A program made the translations under genes and the position numbers. From a bacterium (lineage in GTDB: Bacteria; JADJOY01): a DNA stretch of 64,000 nucleotides. The stretch covers positions 1 through 64,000 of the forward strand of contig JAXLQJ010000044.1 in assembly GCA_046331705.1 (NCBI GenBank), in the 5' to 3' direction. The notes beneath the pieces were generated by a model. The model saw only the letters and a program-made list of their open reading frames with translations. It made no database searches and was not told the DNA's origin. Below are positions 9,324 through 19,782 of the stretch, piece by piece. Every line of letters begins with the position of its first letter. Positions within the stretch are counted from its first letter, which is position 1.

Positions 9324-10649
9324 GTGATCGGTTGGATCTTCTTCTTCGGAAGCCTCGTCGGCGCGTGGTTTACCTACAATGCGTTCCGCCCCATCTACGC
9401 GCCCGCGAAGCTCGCGGTGGTGAGCTTCTTCGCGGGGTGGCTCACCAACGAGCTGGTGCTTCACCACCTGGTGTGGCAGGCGGCGGCGGTGGCGATCTTC
9501 GTGGCGTTGGGCGCGCTGCACGTGCCGGCGGGACAGATCGCGCTGGGAATCACCCTCGTCTCGTGGGTGGGCCTCGGTGAGCTCTATCGACGAGCGCTGC
9601 TGGCCGAGGGCGCGATGGAGCGCGCGCTCGGCGGCGCGCTCGGCGCCGACTATCGCTCGCGCATCGACCCCGCGGTGGCGCGCGCCCTCGCGCCGGCGCT
9701 CGATTGGCGGCAGATGCTGCGGCCTTTCCCGATCCGCCATCCCGAGGTGAAGCGCGTTCGCAACGTCGTGTACCGCCGCACCGCGGGCATCAACCTCAAG
9801 CTCGACGTCTACCATCACCGCGCGAAGCCCGCGGGCGCGCCGACGATGCTCTACGTACACGGCGGCGGCTGGGTGATCGGCAGCAAGGACGAGCAAGGCT
9901 TGCCGATGCTCACCCACCTCGCCTCGCGCGGCTGGGTGTGCGTGAACGTGAATTACCGGCTGAGCCCCCACGGCACGATGCCGGACCCGGTGATCGACCT
10001 GAAGCACGCCATCAAGTGGCTCCGCGAGCATGCCGCGGAATACGGCGGCGACCCCTCGTTCGTGGTGGTCTCGGGCGGCTCGGCGGGTGGACACCTCGCG
10101 GCGCTGGTCGCGCTCACCGCCAACGACCCCGATCTGCAGCCGGGAATCGAGAGCGTGGACACCTCGGTGCAGGGCGCGATCCCGCTCTACGGCGTCTACG
10201 ACCTCGCCGATCGCCACCAGGTCTGGCACCACGGCGACCTCGAGAAGTTCATGGAGACCTACGTCATGAAGGTCTCGAGATCCGAGGCGCCGCAGAACTA
10301 CGACAAGTATTCCCCGCTGACCCGCATCAACGAGAACGCGCCGCCGATGCTGGTGATCCACGGCGAGCTCGACACCCTCGTGCCCGTGGAGGACGCGCGC
10401 ATCTTCGTCGAGCGCGCCAAGACCGTCTCGCGGTCGCCCGTCGTCTACGCCGAGATCCCCGGGGCGCAGCACGCGTTCGAGATCTTCCCGTCGCTGCGCG
10501 CGCTCTCGGTGGTCCACGGCATCGAGCGCTTCCTCGCGTATCTCGTGAGCGAGCATCGACGCGCGCTCGCGTCGAAGCCCCTGCCCACGACCAACTCGAC
10601 CCCGACGCTCACGCCACCGGCTCCGCTCGGTCCGCCCGCGCTCGCCTGA
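9324..10649 (+). CDS. Membrane-anchored alpha/beta hydrolase (HSL-like esterase/lipase)
   Basis: HGGGW oxyanion motif, GGSAGG nucleophile, HGELD and AQHAFE; AGGAG SD before GTG 9324. Confidence 0.92.
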   Translation: MIGWIFFFGSLVGAWFTYNAFRPIYAPAKLAVVSFFAGWLTNELVLHHLVWQAAAVAIFVALGALHVPAGQIALGITLVSWVGLGELYRRALLAEGAMERALGGALGADYRSRIDPAVARALAPALDWRQMLRPFPIRHPEVKRVRNVVYRRTAGINLKLDVYHHRAKPAGAPTMLYVHGGGWVIGSKDEQGLPMLTHLASRGWVCVNVNYRLSPHGTMPDPVIDLKHAIKWLREHAAEYGGDPSFVVVSGGSAGGHLAALVALTANDPDLQPGIESVDTSVQGAIPLYGVYDLADRHQVWHHGDLEKFMETYVMKVSRSEAPQNYDKYSPLTRINENAPPMLVIHGELDTLVPVEDARIFVERAKTVSRSPVVYAEIPGAQHAFEIFPSLRALSVVHGIERFLAYLVSEHRRALASKPLPTTNSTPTLTPPAPLGPPALA

Positions 10650-12369
10650 GCTCGCGCGTCCACGCGGCGTCGATCCGGCAATCGCCGGTGACGGTGTGGG
10701 TGAGCTCCGTGCTCGTCACGGGCCGCGCGATACCGTCGACGCGCCACTCGACCGAGTGGCCGCGGGGCACCTGCGCGAGTCGCACGCGGATCGCCGTGTC
10801 GTGGAAGTAGACACCCGCATAGCCGGGTGATTCCGGGAATCCATCGATCTCGAGGCGCGCGCCCTCGGGCGCGGTCACCGTGCAGCGGTGACTCGCCGGC
10901 GCGCCCAGCCAGGTCACGAGCTGCGGTCGCAGCGCGTCGCTGCGCCTCGCGAAGAACTCGCCGATCTCGCGCAACCCGTCCTCGTAGTCGAGGCCGAGCT
11001 CGCGGGCCGTGCGCCGGTAGCGATCCAGCAGCTCGTTCAGGAAGAGCGGTGTGAGCTGGTGATTCATCATCGCGGCGAAGCGCTCGCGCAACCGGCTACG
11101 AAACTCGGGCGAATCGCGCAACAACCCGCGCAGCACGCGAGCGCGCGGCGTGTCCGGTCGCAAGACCCAACCCCACATGTCCAGCTCGTATGGCGCCCCA
11201 CGCGGCCCGTCCTGGTAGGCGTCCACGAAGCTGTGATCCATGTCGAGGTTGACGAAGAACCACTTGCCGTCGGGGCGGCTGGTGTCGAGGAGGAAGCGAC
11301 CTTGCTCCGCGTCGGTGGTCGCGCACCAGACCATCGCGAGGAGCCAGCGTGTCAGGTTCTCGAGGTCCACGCGGCTCTCCACCTCCTCGACGGTGAAGCG
11401 GCTCACGTGACGCGCCCATTTGTCGAAGCGATCGAAGGGGCGACGGTCGCCGTGCCGGACGGGCGTCTCGGTGCCGCGCGTGCTCGGGTCGTAGACCGTG
11501 AAGCGCTCGTGTCCGAAGTGCGCCCGCAGGAAATGGCGGTCGACGCGTTCGGTGAGCACGTAGGCGCCTTGCTCGCGACCGTTCAGGAAGAAGCGCACCG
11601 GCTGCGTCTGCGGCACGATGCAGCCCACGCGCTCGGCGATCGCGTACGCCATGGGGCTCAGGAAATGCCAGGTGCGCGTGTTCGGATACGCGCGCATGTC
11701 GTTGTGAACGATCAGCCGGCGCAGCGGATCGCCGCGACCGCCGAACAAGGCACCCGGCAAGAACTGATCCACGCCGTAGACCGAGCGAAAGTAGAGCCGG
11801 AAGCTCTGGGGATCCGGGCTCAAGCGACTGGTGGCGCCGTGAACGCGCAGGCCGGCGCCGCTGCCGAAGAGCAGCCGGCCGTCGTCGAAGTACGAGACGT
11901 ACGCAGGCGTCTCCCAGCGCCGCCCGCGGCGCTCCACGTTGGTCGGCGCCAAGATGCCGGTCTTGTGGTTGTAGAGGTCGCTCTTGGTGGCGACCACCGA
12001 GAGCACCGGGACCCCCGTCGCCAGCACCTCGGGGCGCACCACCTTGGTGCTCGGCAACCGGTCGGCGCGGGCGACGTCCAGGCTGTAGATGGCGGGGCGC
12101 TTGCGCGAGCCGGACGTGCCGTGGAAGCTCGCCGCGCGCGCCGATTTCGGGTTGCGCGGGACCGCACCGATCCGGCCGAGGAGCTGCAGCACGCGCGCCA
12201 GACGGCCGGAATCCATCGCGTGCCCGGGAACCGAGCGGCTGTGCACCGTCGCGGCCAGCGGCGCGAGCCACTCGGCGCGTTCGCTCGCCACGCCGAGCGC
12301 CACCACCAGCGCCGGCACCGCCACCAGCAGCCACGGCGCGCCGCGGGGCGAGGAGGCGCTCCGGCTCAC
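10609..12369 (-). CDS. CotH kinase family protein
   Basis: RVHGATSR, SFRLYFR, NGREQGAYVLTERVD, LDMDHSF. The GTG start overlaps the DUF4956 stop; the 3' end overlaps the convergent hydrolase by 41 nt. Confidence 0.8.
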   Translation of the reverse strand: MSRSASSPRGAPWLLVAVPALVVALGVASERAEWLAPLAATVHSRSVPGHAMDSGRLARVLQLLGRIGAVPRNPKSARAASFHGTSGSRKRPAIYSLDVARADRLPSTKVVRPEVLATGVPVLSVVATKSDLYNHKTGILAPTNVERRGRRWETPAYVSYFDDGRLLFGSGAGLRVHGATSRLSPDPQSFRLYFRSVYGVDQFLPGALFGGRGDPLRRLIVHNDMRAYPNTRTWHFLSPMAYAIAERVGCIVPQTQPVRFFLNGREQGAYVLTERVDRHFLRAHFGHERFTVYDPSTRGTETPVRHGDRRPFDRFDKWARHVSRFTVEEVESRVDLENLTRWLLAMVWCATTDAEQGRFLLDTSRPDGKWFFVNLDMDHSFVDAYQDGPRGAPYELDMWGWVLRPDTPRARVLRGLLRDSPEFRSRLRERFAAMMNHQLTPLFLNELLDRYRRTARELGLDYEDGLREIGEFFARRSDALRPQLVTWLGAPASHRCTVTAPEGARLEIDGFPESPGYAGVYFHDTAIRVRLAQVPRGHSVEWRVDGIARPVTSTELTHTVTGDCRIDAAWTRELRRARADRAEPVA

Positions 12370-13076
12370 AACGCTTGCGGGCGATTGAAGAAGATGCTGA
12401 AACGCGCCGCGCCCAAGCGTTCCTCGAGCGCGTGTCGCATCTCCGGCACCGAGCTCTCCGCGAGGCCGCGGAAGCCGTAGGCAAGCTCCACCCCCGACGC
12501 CGTGCGCGACAGACTTTCGAGCGAGCCGCGGCGCACGCGACTCGCGAGCAACGACAGGATCTCGTTCTGGCGCGCGGCGTCCCCGTCGCCGTCCAGCTCG
12601 ATCACGATCACCCCGTCTTGCTCGTGCCCGCGCAGCGGCGCGAACACGTACCGCAGCAACACCAGCGCCACGACGGCGGCGCCGAGCAGGACCCCGAGGA
12701 AGCGGAAGTGGAAGGTCGCGGCCGCGATCGAGATCGCGATCACGAACATGATGAACGCGACCTCTTCGGGCTCCTTGATGGGCGTGCGGAAGCGCACGAT
12801 CGAGAGCGCACCCAGCAAGCCGAGCGAGAGCGGCAACGAGAACTGGATGCAGAGGAAGATCGCGGTGATCGAGATCCCCAGCAGCGGGAACGCGCGATGG
12901 ATGCGGCTGCCCGTCGTCCGTCCCGAGTAGAAGACCAGGTAGAGATAGGACGCGAAGACCGAGCACGCGAACGACACCGCCATCACCACCGCGAACGACG
13001 CGATCCCCACCTGCTCCATCGTCGTGCCGGTGGGCGGGTTGAACACGTCGAGCAGGCTTGGCGACGCTTGCTTCAT
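12366..13076 (-). CDS. DUF4956 family membrane protein
   Basis: SLPLSLGLLGALSIVRFRTPIKEPEE signature; sits between the VTC and CotH genes. Confidence 0.9.
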   Translation of the reverse strand: MKQASPSLLDVFNPPTGTTMEQVGIASFAVVMAVSFACSVFASYLYLVFYSGRTTGSRIHRAFPLLGISITAIFLCIQFSLPLSLGLLGALSIVRFRTPIKEPEEVAFIMFVIAISIAAATFHFRFLGVLLGAAVVALVLLRYVFAPLRGHEQDGVIVIELDGDGDAARQNEILSLLASRVRRGSLESLSRTASGVELAYGFRGLAESSVPEMRHALEERLGAARFSIFFNRPQAL

Positions 13077-13107
13077 CGGAGCTCCTCGAAGGCGTGCGCG
13101 AACGGCG

Positions 13108-13809
13108 TCAGGTCGTCAGGTGCGGCGCGAGCGCGAGACAGATCCCGAACTTGGAGAAGGAAGCGCGGCGACAACCCAGATCCACGAGACGGCGAAAGCT
13201 CGGCGGCAGCTCTCCGGCCGTGCCCTTGGCCTCGACCACCGCGACCGACGGTCGCACCGTGGGGCAGGTCGGCACCACGCGAGAATTCACCTTCTCTACA
13301 CGAATCTCGGTATCGAGCGCCACACGAACGCCGGTCGTGGGATCCACGAAGCGGTGGCGCCGGTAGGCGATCGAGATCAAGGGCACGAGCCCGGGCGGCA
13401 CCGACACCCCCGCCGCGCGGAAGAGCGCGGCCAGCGCCGCGAGGCGCGGGTCGTCGAGCTCCATCGCCGCGAGCGCCTCGCCGCTCCACGAGGTGGGCAG
13501 GCGCCGTTTCTCGCGCGCCGTCCCGATCCGCGACTTCACCTCGACGAACGCAGGACCGAGATTCGCCCCGGAAACGGCATCGCGGTACCAGCGCAAGCGG
13601 AACTTGGTCTTCAGGTAATCGCTGTTCTGCTTCTCGCCGAACGAGAGCAGATCGCGCGTGTCGAAGTAGATGCTCGACACCGCGCCCACCGGGAAGACGG
13701 GGTCCGGCCGCGCGACGCGGCGCAGGTAGCGCAGCACGTCGGGAACGTGCGCGGTGCCGAGCACGAGCTTGAGCTCGTGCTCGACGTCCTCGGCCTGAGA
13801 GCCGAGCAC
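13108..13809 (-). CDS. VTC-domain (CYTH-like, polyphosphate polymerase-related) protein
   Basis: EHELK (ExExK-like), VSSIYFDT, KFRLRWY, FVEVKSR, YRRHRF, RVALD, SFSKF. Confidence 0.88.
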   Translation of the reverse strand: MLGSQAEDVEHELKLVLGTAHVPDVLRYLRRVARPDPVFPVGAVSSIYFDTRDLLSFGEKQNSDYLKTKFRLRWYRDAVSGANLGPAFVEVKSRIGTAREKRRLPTSWSGEALAAMELDDPRLAALAALFRAAGVSVPPGLVPLISIAYRRHRFVDPTTGVRVALDTEIRVEKVNSRVVPTCPTVRPSVAVVEAKGTAGELPPSFRRLVDLGCRRASFSKFGICLALAPHLTT

Positions 13810-13812
13810 GGC

Positions 13813-14508
13813 TCAGTCGGCGGTGGGGGACGCGACCGGGACGGTCTTGGGCGCCGCCGGCGGTCGCGGGTTGCGCTTGCTGCGGATGAACTCGATCACC
13901 AGCGGCAGGACCGAGACGCCGATGATCCCGAGGATCACCAGCTCGAAGTTCTCCTTCACCACCGGGATGTTGCCGAACAAGCGACCCGCGCCGAGGCAGA
14001 TCGCCACCCACGCGATCCCGCCCACGACGTTGAAGCTCGCGAAGCGCGGGTATTCCATCTTGCCGATGCCGGCGACGAAGGGCGCGAAGGTCCGGATGAT
14101 CGGCACGAAGCGCGCGAGGATGATCGTCTTGCCGCCGTGCTCCTCGTAGAACTCCTGGGTTCTCAACAGATGCTTCTTGTTGAGCCAGATGGAATCCTCC
14201 TTGGTGAAGACCTTCGGTCCCAGGAAACGGCCGACCGAATAGTTCACGGCGTCGCCCAGCACGGCGGCCACGCCCATCGCGAGGAAGAGCAGCTCGATCC
14301 GGATCGGCGAGCCCTCGCTGGCGCTCAGCGCTCCGGCCGCGAACAGCAGCGAGTCACCGGGCAGGAACGGCGTCACCACCAGGCCGGTCTCGCAGAACAC
14401 GATCGCGAACAGCACCAGATAGAGCCACGGGCCGAGCTGGCCCGCGAAGTCATTCAAGTGCTTGTCGAGGTGAAGAAAGAGATCGATCGCTGCGTGGATC
14501 AGTTCCAT
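13813..14508 (-). CDS. dedA: DedA family membrane protein
   Basis: FCETGLVVTPFLPGDSLLFAAG, ARFVPIIRTFAPFVAG. Confidence 0.95.
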   Translation of the reverse strand: MELIHAAIDLFLHLDKHLNDFAGQLGPWLYLVLFAIVFCETGLVVTPFLPGDSLLFAAGALSASEGSPIRIELLFLAMGVAAVLGDAVNYSVGRFLGPKVFTKEDSIWLNKKHLLRTQEFYEEHGGKTIILARFVPIIRTFAPFVAGIGKMEYPRFASFNVVGGIAWVAICLGAGRLFGNIPVVKENFELVILGIIGVSVLPLVIEFIRSKRNPRPPAAPKTVPVASPTAD

Positions 14509-14579
14509 GAAACCACCGTTTCGTGCGTGGGGGAGCCGGCCGGTTTACCCTCGCGCTTCCGAGCCCGGCAACCGCGCGC

Positions 14580-15389
14580 TCACCGCGCGAGCGCCACGAA
14601 GCACGGGCGGATGGCGTCGATCACGGCCGGGTGGCCGATGAGCACGTCGGCGGCGCACTTCGCGCCTTCGACCATGGGCGCGTAGTCGATGGAGGCGCCC
14701 GCCATGGTCTGGATCTCCACTCCCACCCGCGCGGCGATGGCGTGGGCGCCGGCCACGTCCCACACCCACGGGGCGAGCAGTTGCGCCGCCAGCGCGCCAC
14801 GCTGGGCCGCGACCAGGCAGACGTGCAGCGCGGCGCTGCCGAAGCCGCGACAGCGACCCGGATAGCCCGCGAACGAGTAGCGAAGGTGGGCCTTGGAGTC
14901 GATCAGGAGCTGCGAGCGCTCACCGAGGGTGAACGCGAGATCCGCTCCCAACGGCGCGAGCGGCACGTGATTCGAGAACGCCGGCTCGGTGGGGTCCAGA
15001 TCGGCGAGGAACGTGGTGTCCCACGTGGGCACGTGCACGATCCCGCCGATCGGTCGCGCGCACTCGTCGAGGACGCCCACGGCGATGCACCAGCCGGGGT
15101 TGCGCGCCGCGAACGATTCGGTGCCGTCGATGGGGTCGATCGCGAACGTGAGGCGTCCCGCCCCGCGCCGGCCGACACCGCCCTCCTCGCCCACGATGCG
15201 AGCCGATGGATCGAGCTCGCCGATGGCACGCCGGAGCAAGGCTTCGACCCGGCGATCGGCCTCGGTCACCAGCGTCTGGTCGCCCTTGAGCTCGGCGCCG
15301 AGACTCACCTCGCCGCGGTAGTAGCCCATGGCGAGCCCGGCGCACTCGTGAATCGCGGGTAGCAGCGCGCGAAGAGAGGGAAGCGACAC
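14580..15389 (-). CDS. Inositol monophosphatase family protein
   Basis: LVTEADRRVE, GEEG, IDPIDGT, GSAAL, WDVAGAHAI; GGAG SD before GTG 15389. Confidence 0.9.
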   Translation of the reverse strand: MSLPSLRALLPAIHECAGLAMGYYRGEVSLGAELKGDQTLVTEADRRVEALLRRAIGELDPSARIVGEEGGVGRRGAGRLTFAIDPIDGTESFAARNPGWCIAVGVLDECARPIGGIVHVPTWDTTFLADLDPTEPAFSNHVPLAPLGADLAFTLGERSQLLIDSKAHLRYSFAGYPGRCRGFGSAALHVCLVAAQRGALAAQLLAPWVWDVAGAHAIAARVGVEIQTMAGASIDYAPMVEGAKCAADVLIGHPAVIDAIRPCFVALAR

Positions 15390-15624
15390 GAGAGACTCCG
15401 GGGCCGTCGAGCGGCACCTGGGAAGGTACCGCGCGCGCACCGTGCGTGGCCCCCCTCGCGCAGCGCGCCTCGCGTCGTGGCGGCGCATCCGGCCCCGCTG
15501 CGGCCCCCTGACGCGGGCCCAGGCGCGCGCCTGGTTTGTCGTGACAAACCGGGCTTGCTCAGAGACGGCCGCTGCGGTGATGATCGGCGCCCACTCGCCG
15601 TCCCGACCGATCCTCGGAGCCGCC

Positions 15625-17286
15625 GTGCCGAACGTTCATCGCGCTCGTCTTCCCGTTCCAAGCCGCCGCAGCTGCTGGCGAAACGGAACGATCGCCCCAC
15701 TCGTCGTGCTCGCGGCCTTGACGCTCGCGTCCGCCGCGCGGGCGTCGTTCATCGAATCGCTGGGCCAGGGCTCGCGTGCGATCGGCCTGGGCAACGCCTT
15801 CATCGGCGTCGCCGACGATCTCACCGCCAACTACTACAACCCGGCCGGTCTCACCCAGCTCATCGGCGGCCCACGCAGCGACTCGATGTTCACCACCAAC
15901 ATGGTGGCGCTCCAGTTGCACTATCGCGAGCCCGTCGTCGAGGAGCGCTCGCGCGTGGCACCCGGCGAGACCATCGAGATGGACTCCGAGTTCCCGTCGT
16001 GGGCGGCCGAGCCGGTGGCGCCGTTCGGATTCGAGATCGGCGACAAGGTCTACCTCGTGCCGTTTCCCATCCAGATCCCGTTCGCCGGCTCGGTGCAGTT
16101 CCCGTTCGAGCGCGGCGACGCCCGCTACTCGGCGGCCGAGGTCGGGCAGATCTTCGTGACCTGGGCGCCGTCGATGGCGTTCAAGGCCAACGACTGGCTC
16201 TCGATCGGCGTCGGCTTCGATCTCATGATCGCGACCGACGTCTGGCAGAAGGCGGCCATCGGCGACGGCGCGGTGTGCGAGGACCTGGCGGGGGCCACCG
16301 GCGGCTTGATCCCCTGCGACAAGCCGATGGAGCAAGGCGGTTTCGCCACCCGCAACGGCATCGACGATGGCTACACGCTGCTGCGCGCCAACCAGGAGTT
16401 CCGCAGCGGCCTCTCGCCGGTGAACGACGTGAACCTCGACTTCCGCACGCCGGGCTTCCACGTCGGCGTGATGATGTTCCCGCGCGAGGGCCTGCGGCTC
16501 GGCGCCGTCTACCGGAGCGCGCTCACGCCGACCATCCCGGGCCGCCTCGAGAGCCATTTCGAGGACGCCATCACCCGCGCCGGCGGCACCTACAACGGCG
16601 CGCTCCTGCACCTGCCGGAGGATGCGTCGCGCTTCACGCTGGAATTCCCGCTTCCCCAGGAGGTCGGCGCGGGTTTCAGCTTCGACTTCACCGAAGAGTG
16701 GATGATCGCCATCGACTGGACGTGGGTGGACTGGGGAAGCGCCCGCAACAAGGACCTGATCAAGATCAAGAACCCGGGCGGCCTCTCGCCGATCACCATC
16801 TTGCCGAACGGGCTCGGCCCGGTCGGAGCGATCACCGTGCCGGGCTTCCAGCTGCTGAACATCCCGCGTGACGGCTGGAAGGCCACCCACAGCATCCGCG
16901 CCGGCCTCGAGTGGCGACCGCTCGACGGGCTGCGCGTGGACGCGGGCTTCTGGTGGGACCCGACTCCCACCCCGGATCGCGACTTCACTCCCGACTCCGA
17001 CCCCGGCGACCGCTTCGTGTACTCGGGGGCCATCGGGTACTACGGCATGCTCGACGGCATGATCGACCTCGCCGCGCACCTCCAATGGCTCACCATCGAG
17101 ACTCGCCACATCGCCGTCGGCGAGAGCCGGAATCTGGGCGGCTCGATCTCGCTGCCGGCGATCACGCTGGGCGCGGATCCGGCCGCCGCCGGGCCGTCGT
17201 ATCCGTTCTTCCCGAACGACACCTTCGCCATGGACTTCGGCGGCCGAATCATCAACTGGGGTCTCACGCTCACGATCCACCTGTGA
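15625..17286 (+). CDS. FadL/OmpP1-family outer-membrane transporter
   Basis: Signal peptide, then RAIGLGNAFIGVADD...YYNPAGL (FadL N-terminal motif) and a beta-barrel-like C-terminus. Start uncertain. Confidence 0.85.
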   Translation: MPNVHRARLPVPSRRSCWRNGTIAPLVVLAALTLASAARASFIESLGQGSRAIGLGNAFIGVADDLTANYYNPAGLTQLIGGPRSDSMFTTNMVALQLHYREPVVEERSRVAPGETIEMDSEFPSWAAEPVAPFGFEIGDKVYLVPFPIQIPFAGSVQFPFERGDARYSAAEVGQIFVTWAPSMAFKANDWLSIGVGFDLMIATDVWQKAAIGDGAVCEDLAGATGGLIPCDKPMEQGGFATRNGIDDGYTLLRANQEFRSGLSPVNDVNLDFRTPGFHVGVMMFPREGLRLGAVYRSALTPTIPGRLESHFEDAITRAGGTYNGALLHLPEDASRFTLEFPLPQEVGAGFSFDFTEEWMIAIDWTWVDWGSARNKDLIKIKNPGGLSPITILPNGLGPVGAITVPGFQLLNIPRDGWKATHSIRAGLEWRPLDGLRVDAGFWWDPTPTPDRDFTPDSDPGDRFVYSGAIGYYGMLDGMIDLAAHLQWLTIETRHIAVGESRNLGGSISLPAITLGADPAAAGPSYPFFPNDTFAMDFGGRIINWGLTLTIHL

Positions 17287-17351
17287 GCGGGACAGGCTGC
17301 GCCGCGTCGCCCCGCGCGCGGGCGCGCCGACTCAGCCCGGCGCCGCCGCGC

Positions 17352-18092
17352 TCAGCGGGCGTTGGTCAGCAGGTCGCGAGCGAGGTCGGGTCGATCGGTG
17401 AGCACATCGGTGAGACCGATCGCCCGGGCGCGCGCGAAATCGGATTCGTCGTTCACCAGGAAGCCGACGAACTGCTTGCCGCGCCGCACCAGCGAGCGCA
17501 CCTGACGCCGCGACACCACCGGCAACCCGTGGTGCAAGACCGGTAGCGACAGGATCGGGTTGGGCGGCTCGACGAGCCGCCCCAATCCCACCAGGCTCGC
17601 GAGTCCCCAATGGCGGGTGGCACGCTCGCGGGCGAAGATCGGTGAGCGCGGGAAGCGGGCGGCGACCTCGCGGTCGGCGGCGGCGCTCCACGTGAGGAAC
17701 CACGGCGGCGTCGCGAGCGGCGGCATCCGCGCCAGCAGGTTGGCCAGGGCCTCGAAGAGCGCCGGCTCGTCGATCTTGCAATCGAAGATGTAGGCCTTCT
17801 CCGGGTGAGCCGCGAGCAGCGTCTCGAGCCGGATCAGCCGGTCGCGAAAGCGGCCGTCGGGCGAGGGGATCGCGAGCTGCTCGAGCTCGGCGGCGCGGGT
17901 GGCGGCGATCGAGACGCCGTCGATCCCGAAACGCGCGAGGGCGGCGTCGTGCGCCAGCACGATCTCGCCGTCGGCCGAGAGCCTCAGATCGGTCTCGAAG
18001 CCGGTGGCGCCCGCCTCGTGCGCGAGCCGGAACGCGAGCAGCGTGTTCTCGGGCCAGATCAGCGACGAGCCGCGGTGCGCGAAGATCCGCAT
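17352..18092 (-). CDS. Glycerophosphodiester phosphodiesterase family protein
   Basis: FAHRGSS...PENTLLAF, FETDLRLSADG...LAHD, VLTDRPD. Confidence 0.92.
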   Translation of the reverse strand: MRIFAHRGSSLIWPENTLLAFRLAHEAGATGFETDLRLSADGEIVLAHDAALARFGIDGVSIAATRAAELEQLAIPSPDGRFRDRLIRLETLLAAHPEKAYIFDCKIDEPALFEALANLLARMPPLATPPWFLTWSAAADREVAARFPRSPIFARERATRHWGLASLVGLGRLVEPPNPILSLPVLHHGLPVVSRRQVRSLVRRGKQFVGFLVNDESDFARARAIGLTDVLTDRPDLARDLLTNAR

Positions 18093-18095
18093 CGC

Positions 18096-18368
18096 TCACC
18101 GCGCACTGCAGGTCCGGGTCGCCGGCTGCGTGTGCTCGCATTGAATCGACGAGGTCACGCCATCGCTGATCGTGGCGCAGGCCGTGGTGCGCGCCGCTCG
18201 TTCCGCCTCCGCCTCGTTCGCGCCCACCGCCGAAGCGCAGTTGCGCTGCCCGGCGAATACCATGCAAACCTGACAATGGGCCTCGCCGCCCGAGAACGAG
18301 CTCCAGATCACCAGCGCCATGAATGCGAAAAAAGCGAGTGCGATCAGCCAGGTCGATTTCGTTCCCAT
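18096..18368 (-). CDS. Small Cys-rich exported/membrane hypothetical protein
   Basis: 90 aa from MGTKSTW; N-terminal TM segment, six Cys; abuts the GDPD gene. Confidence 0.7.
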   Translation of the reverse strand: MGTKSTWLIALAFFAFMALVIWSSFSGGEAHCQVCMVFAGQRNCASAVGANEAEAERAARTTACATISDGVTSSIQCEHTQPATRTCSAR

Positions 18369-18660
18369 CTGCGTTCGTCTCGAATCGGGCGGCTCGGCCC
18401 TTGCAAAGTCACCTCGACCATGACGATCGAGACCCGGGAGGGTACCACCGCGAGACCCGGCGACCCCAGCGCAACGAGCCTGAGCGACAGCGCTTTGCGT
18501 CGTTGCTCGCCCCGAGCGCGCCGGTGCCACCCACCTCGCAACGTGAGCAAATGTCCTCGCCGAGCGTCGGTTCGTTGACGGTTTGCGGCGAAAGTTCACT
18601 CGGCAGTAGGTTCACGGGGGAGTCGGCCCGCGTGCAGTCGGCGGGCGTTCGAGAGCGCGC

Positions 18661-19782
18661 ATGCTGATCATCTGTCCCCAATGCACCAACCGTCTCCAGG
18701 TCGACGCGGTCATGGCGACGGGCAAGACCTTCCGCGTGCGCTGCTCCCGCTGCCAGATGCGGTTCGAGGTCGATCGCCTCACCGGGAAGCCGACGGGCGT
18801 GGTCGGCGATGCGCCGCCGCGACAGACCCCCACGGTCACCTCCGAGCCCGCGCGCATGCGAACCGAGCGCGGCACCACGGTGGTGGGAACCACGCGCGAG
18901 AGCACCACCGTCGGATCGACTCGACTCGCCGCCACCACCCACGCGCCACCGAGCCCTCAAGCCGAGGAGTTTCGGCGCGCGCTGCCGGATCGATACAAGG
19001 TCATGCGCGAGCTCGACGAGATCGCGCTGCTCGGCGTGGATTCGCAGGCGAACGACGTGGACCTGCTGCACGCGTACCTGAAGCTCGCCGAGGAATGGCG
19101 CCCCTCGCGCTACGAGGGCTACCTGAACGCCGCCGAGCTCGAGATGGTGCGCACCATCGCCACGCGCCTCGACCGCGCCTACAACGACCTCGGCGACCTG
19201 GCCCGCCGCAAACGGATCATCGCCGAACGCGGCGAAGCGGCCATGGGAGCGCCGAAGACCGGACCGCTTCCCCCGCGCACCAACACGCTGCCGCCGAAAT
19301 CCGGGCCGGTCGATCGCGGCACCCAGAACTTCCCCAAGGAAGAGAGCTCGGCGTCGATCTTCTTCGGTCACGGTATGGACGCGCTCAAGGGCGGCCGGTT
19401 GCTCGAGGCGCGCGAGCATTTCCAGCACTGCATCTCGCTCGACCCGAAGCGCCCCGAGTTCCACTTCCGGCTCGGACAGACGGTGATCCGGCTCGGGGAC
19501 GGGAACGGACACACCGATTGGGCCACGGTGGAGCGCTGCTACACGGAGGCGCTCGTCCTCGCCCCCGACGACGTCGAGCTGCTGGTCGGCATGGCGAAGC
19601 AGTGGCAGCTACGCGGCCAGCCCTCCACCGCGATGAAGTACTACAAGCGGGTGCGCGACCTCGATCCGGGCCACGCGGAAGCGGGGCGCGAGATCCGGCT
19701 CTATCTGCTGCGCAAGAAGAAGGACCAGCAGCCCACACCCACCACGTCCAAGCTGCTGAGCCTGTTCGGCAACAAGAAGTAG
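18661..19782 (+). CDS. Zinc-ribbon + degenerate J-domain + TPR protein
   Basis: CPQC...CSRC zinc ribbon; LLHAYLKLAEEWRPSRY (J-like, no HPD); C-terminal TPR helices. Confidence 0.8.
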   Translation: MLIICPQCTNRLQVDAVMATGKTFRVRCSRCQMRFEVDRLTGKPTGVVGDAPPRQTPTVTSEPARMRTERGTTVVGTTRESTTVGSTRLAATTHAPPSPQAEEFRRALPDRYKVMRELDEIALLGVDSQANDVDLLHAYLKLAEEWRPSRYEGYLNAAELEMVRTIATRLDRAYNDLGDLARRKRIIAERGEAAMGAPKTGPLPPRTNTLPPKSGPVDRGTQNFPKEESSASIFFGHGMDALKGGRLLEAREHFQHCISLDPKRPEFHFRLGQTVIRLGDGNGHTDWATVERCYTEALVLAPDDVELLVGMAKQWQLRGQPSTAMKYYKRVRDLDPGHAEAGREIRLYLLRKKKDQQPTPTTSKLLSLFGNKK

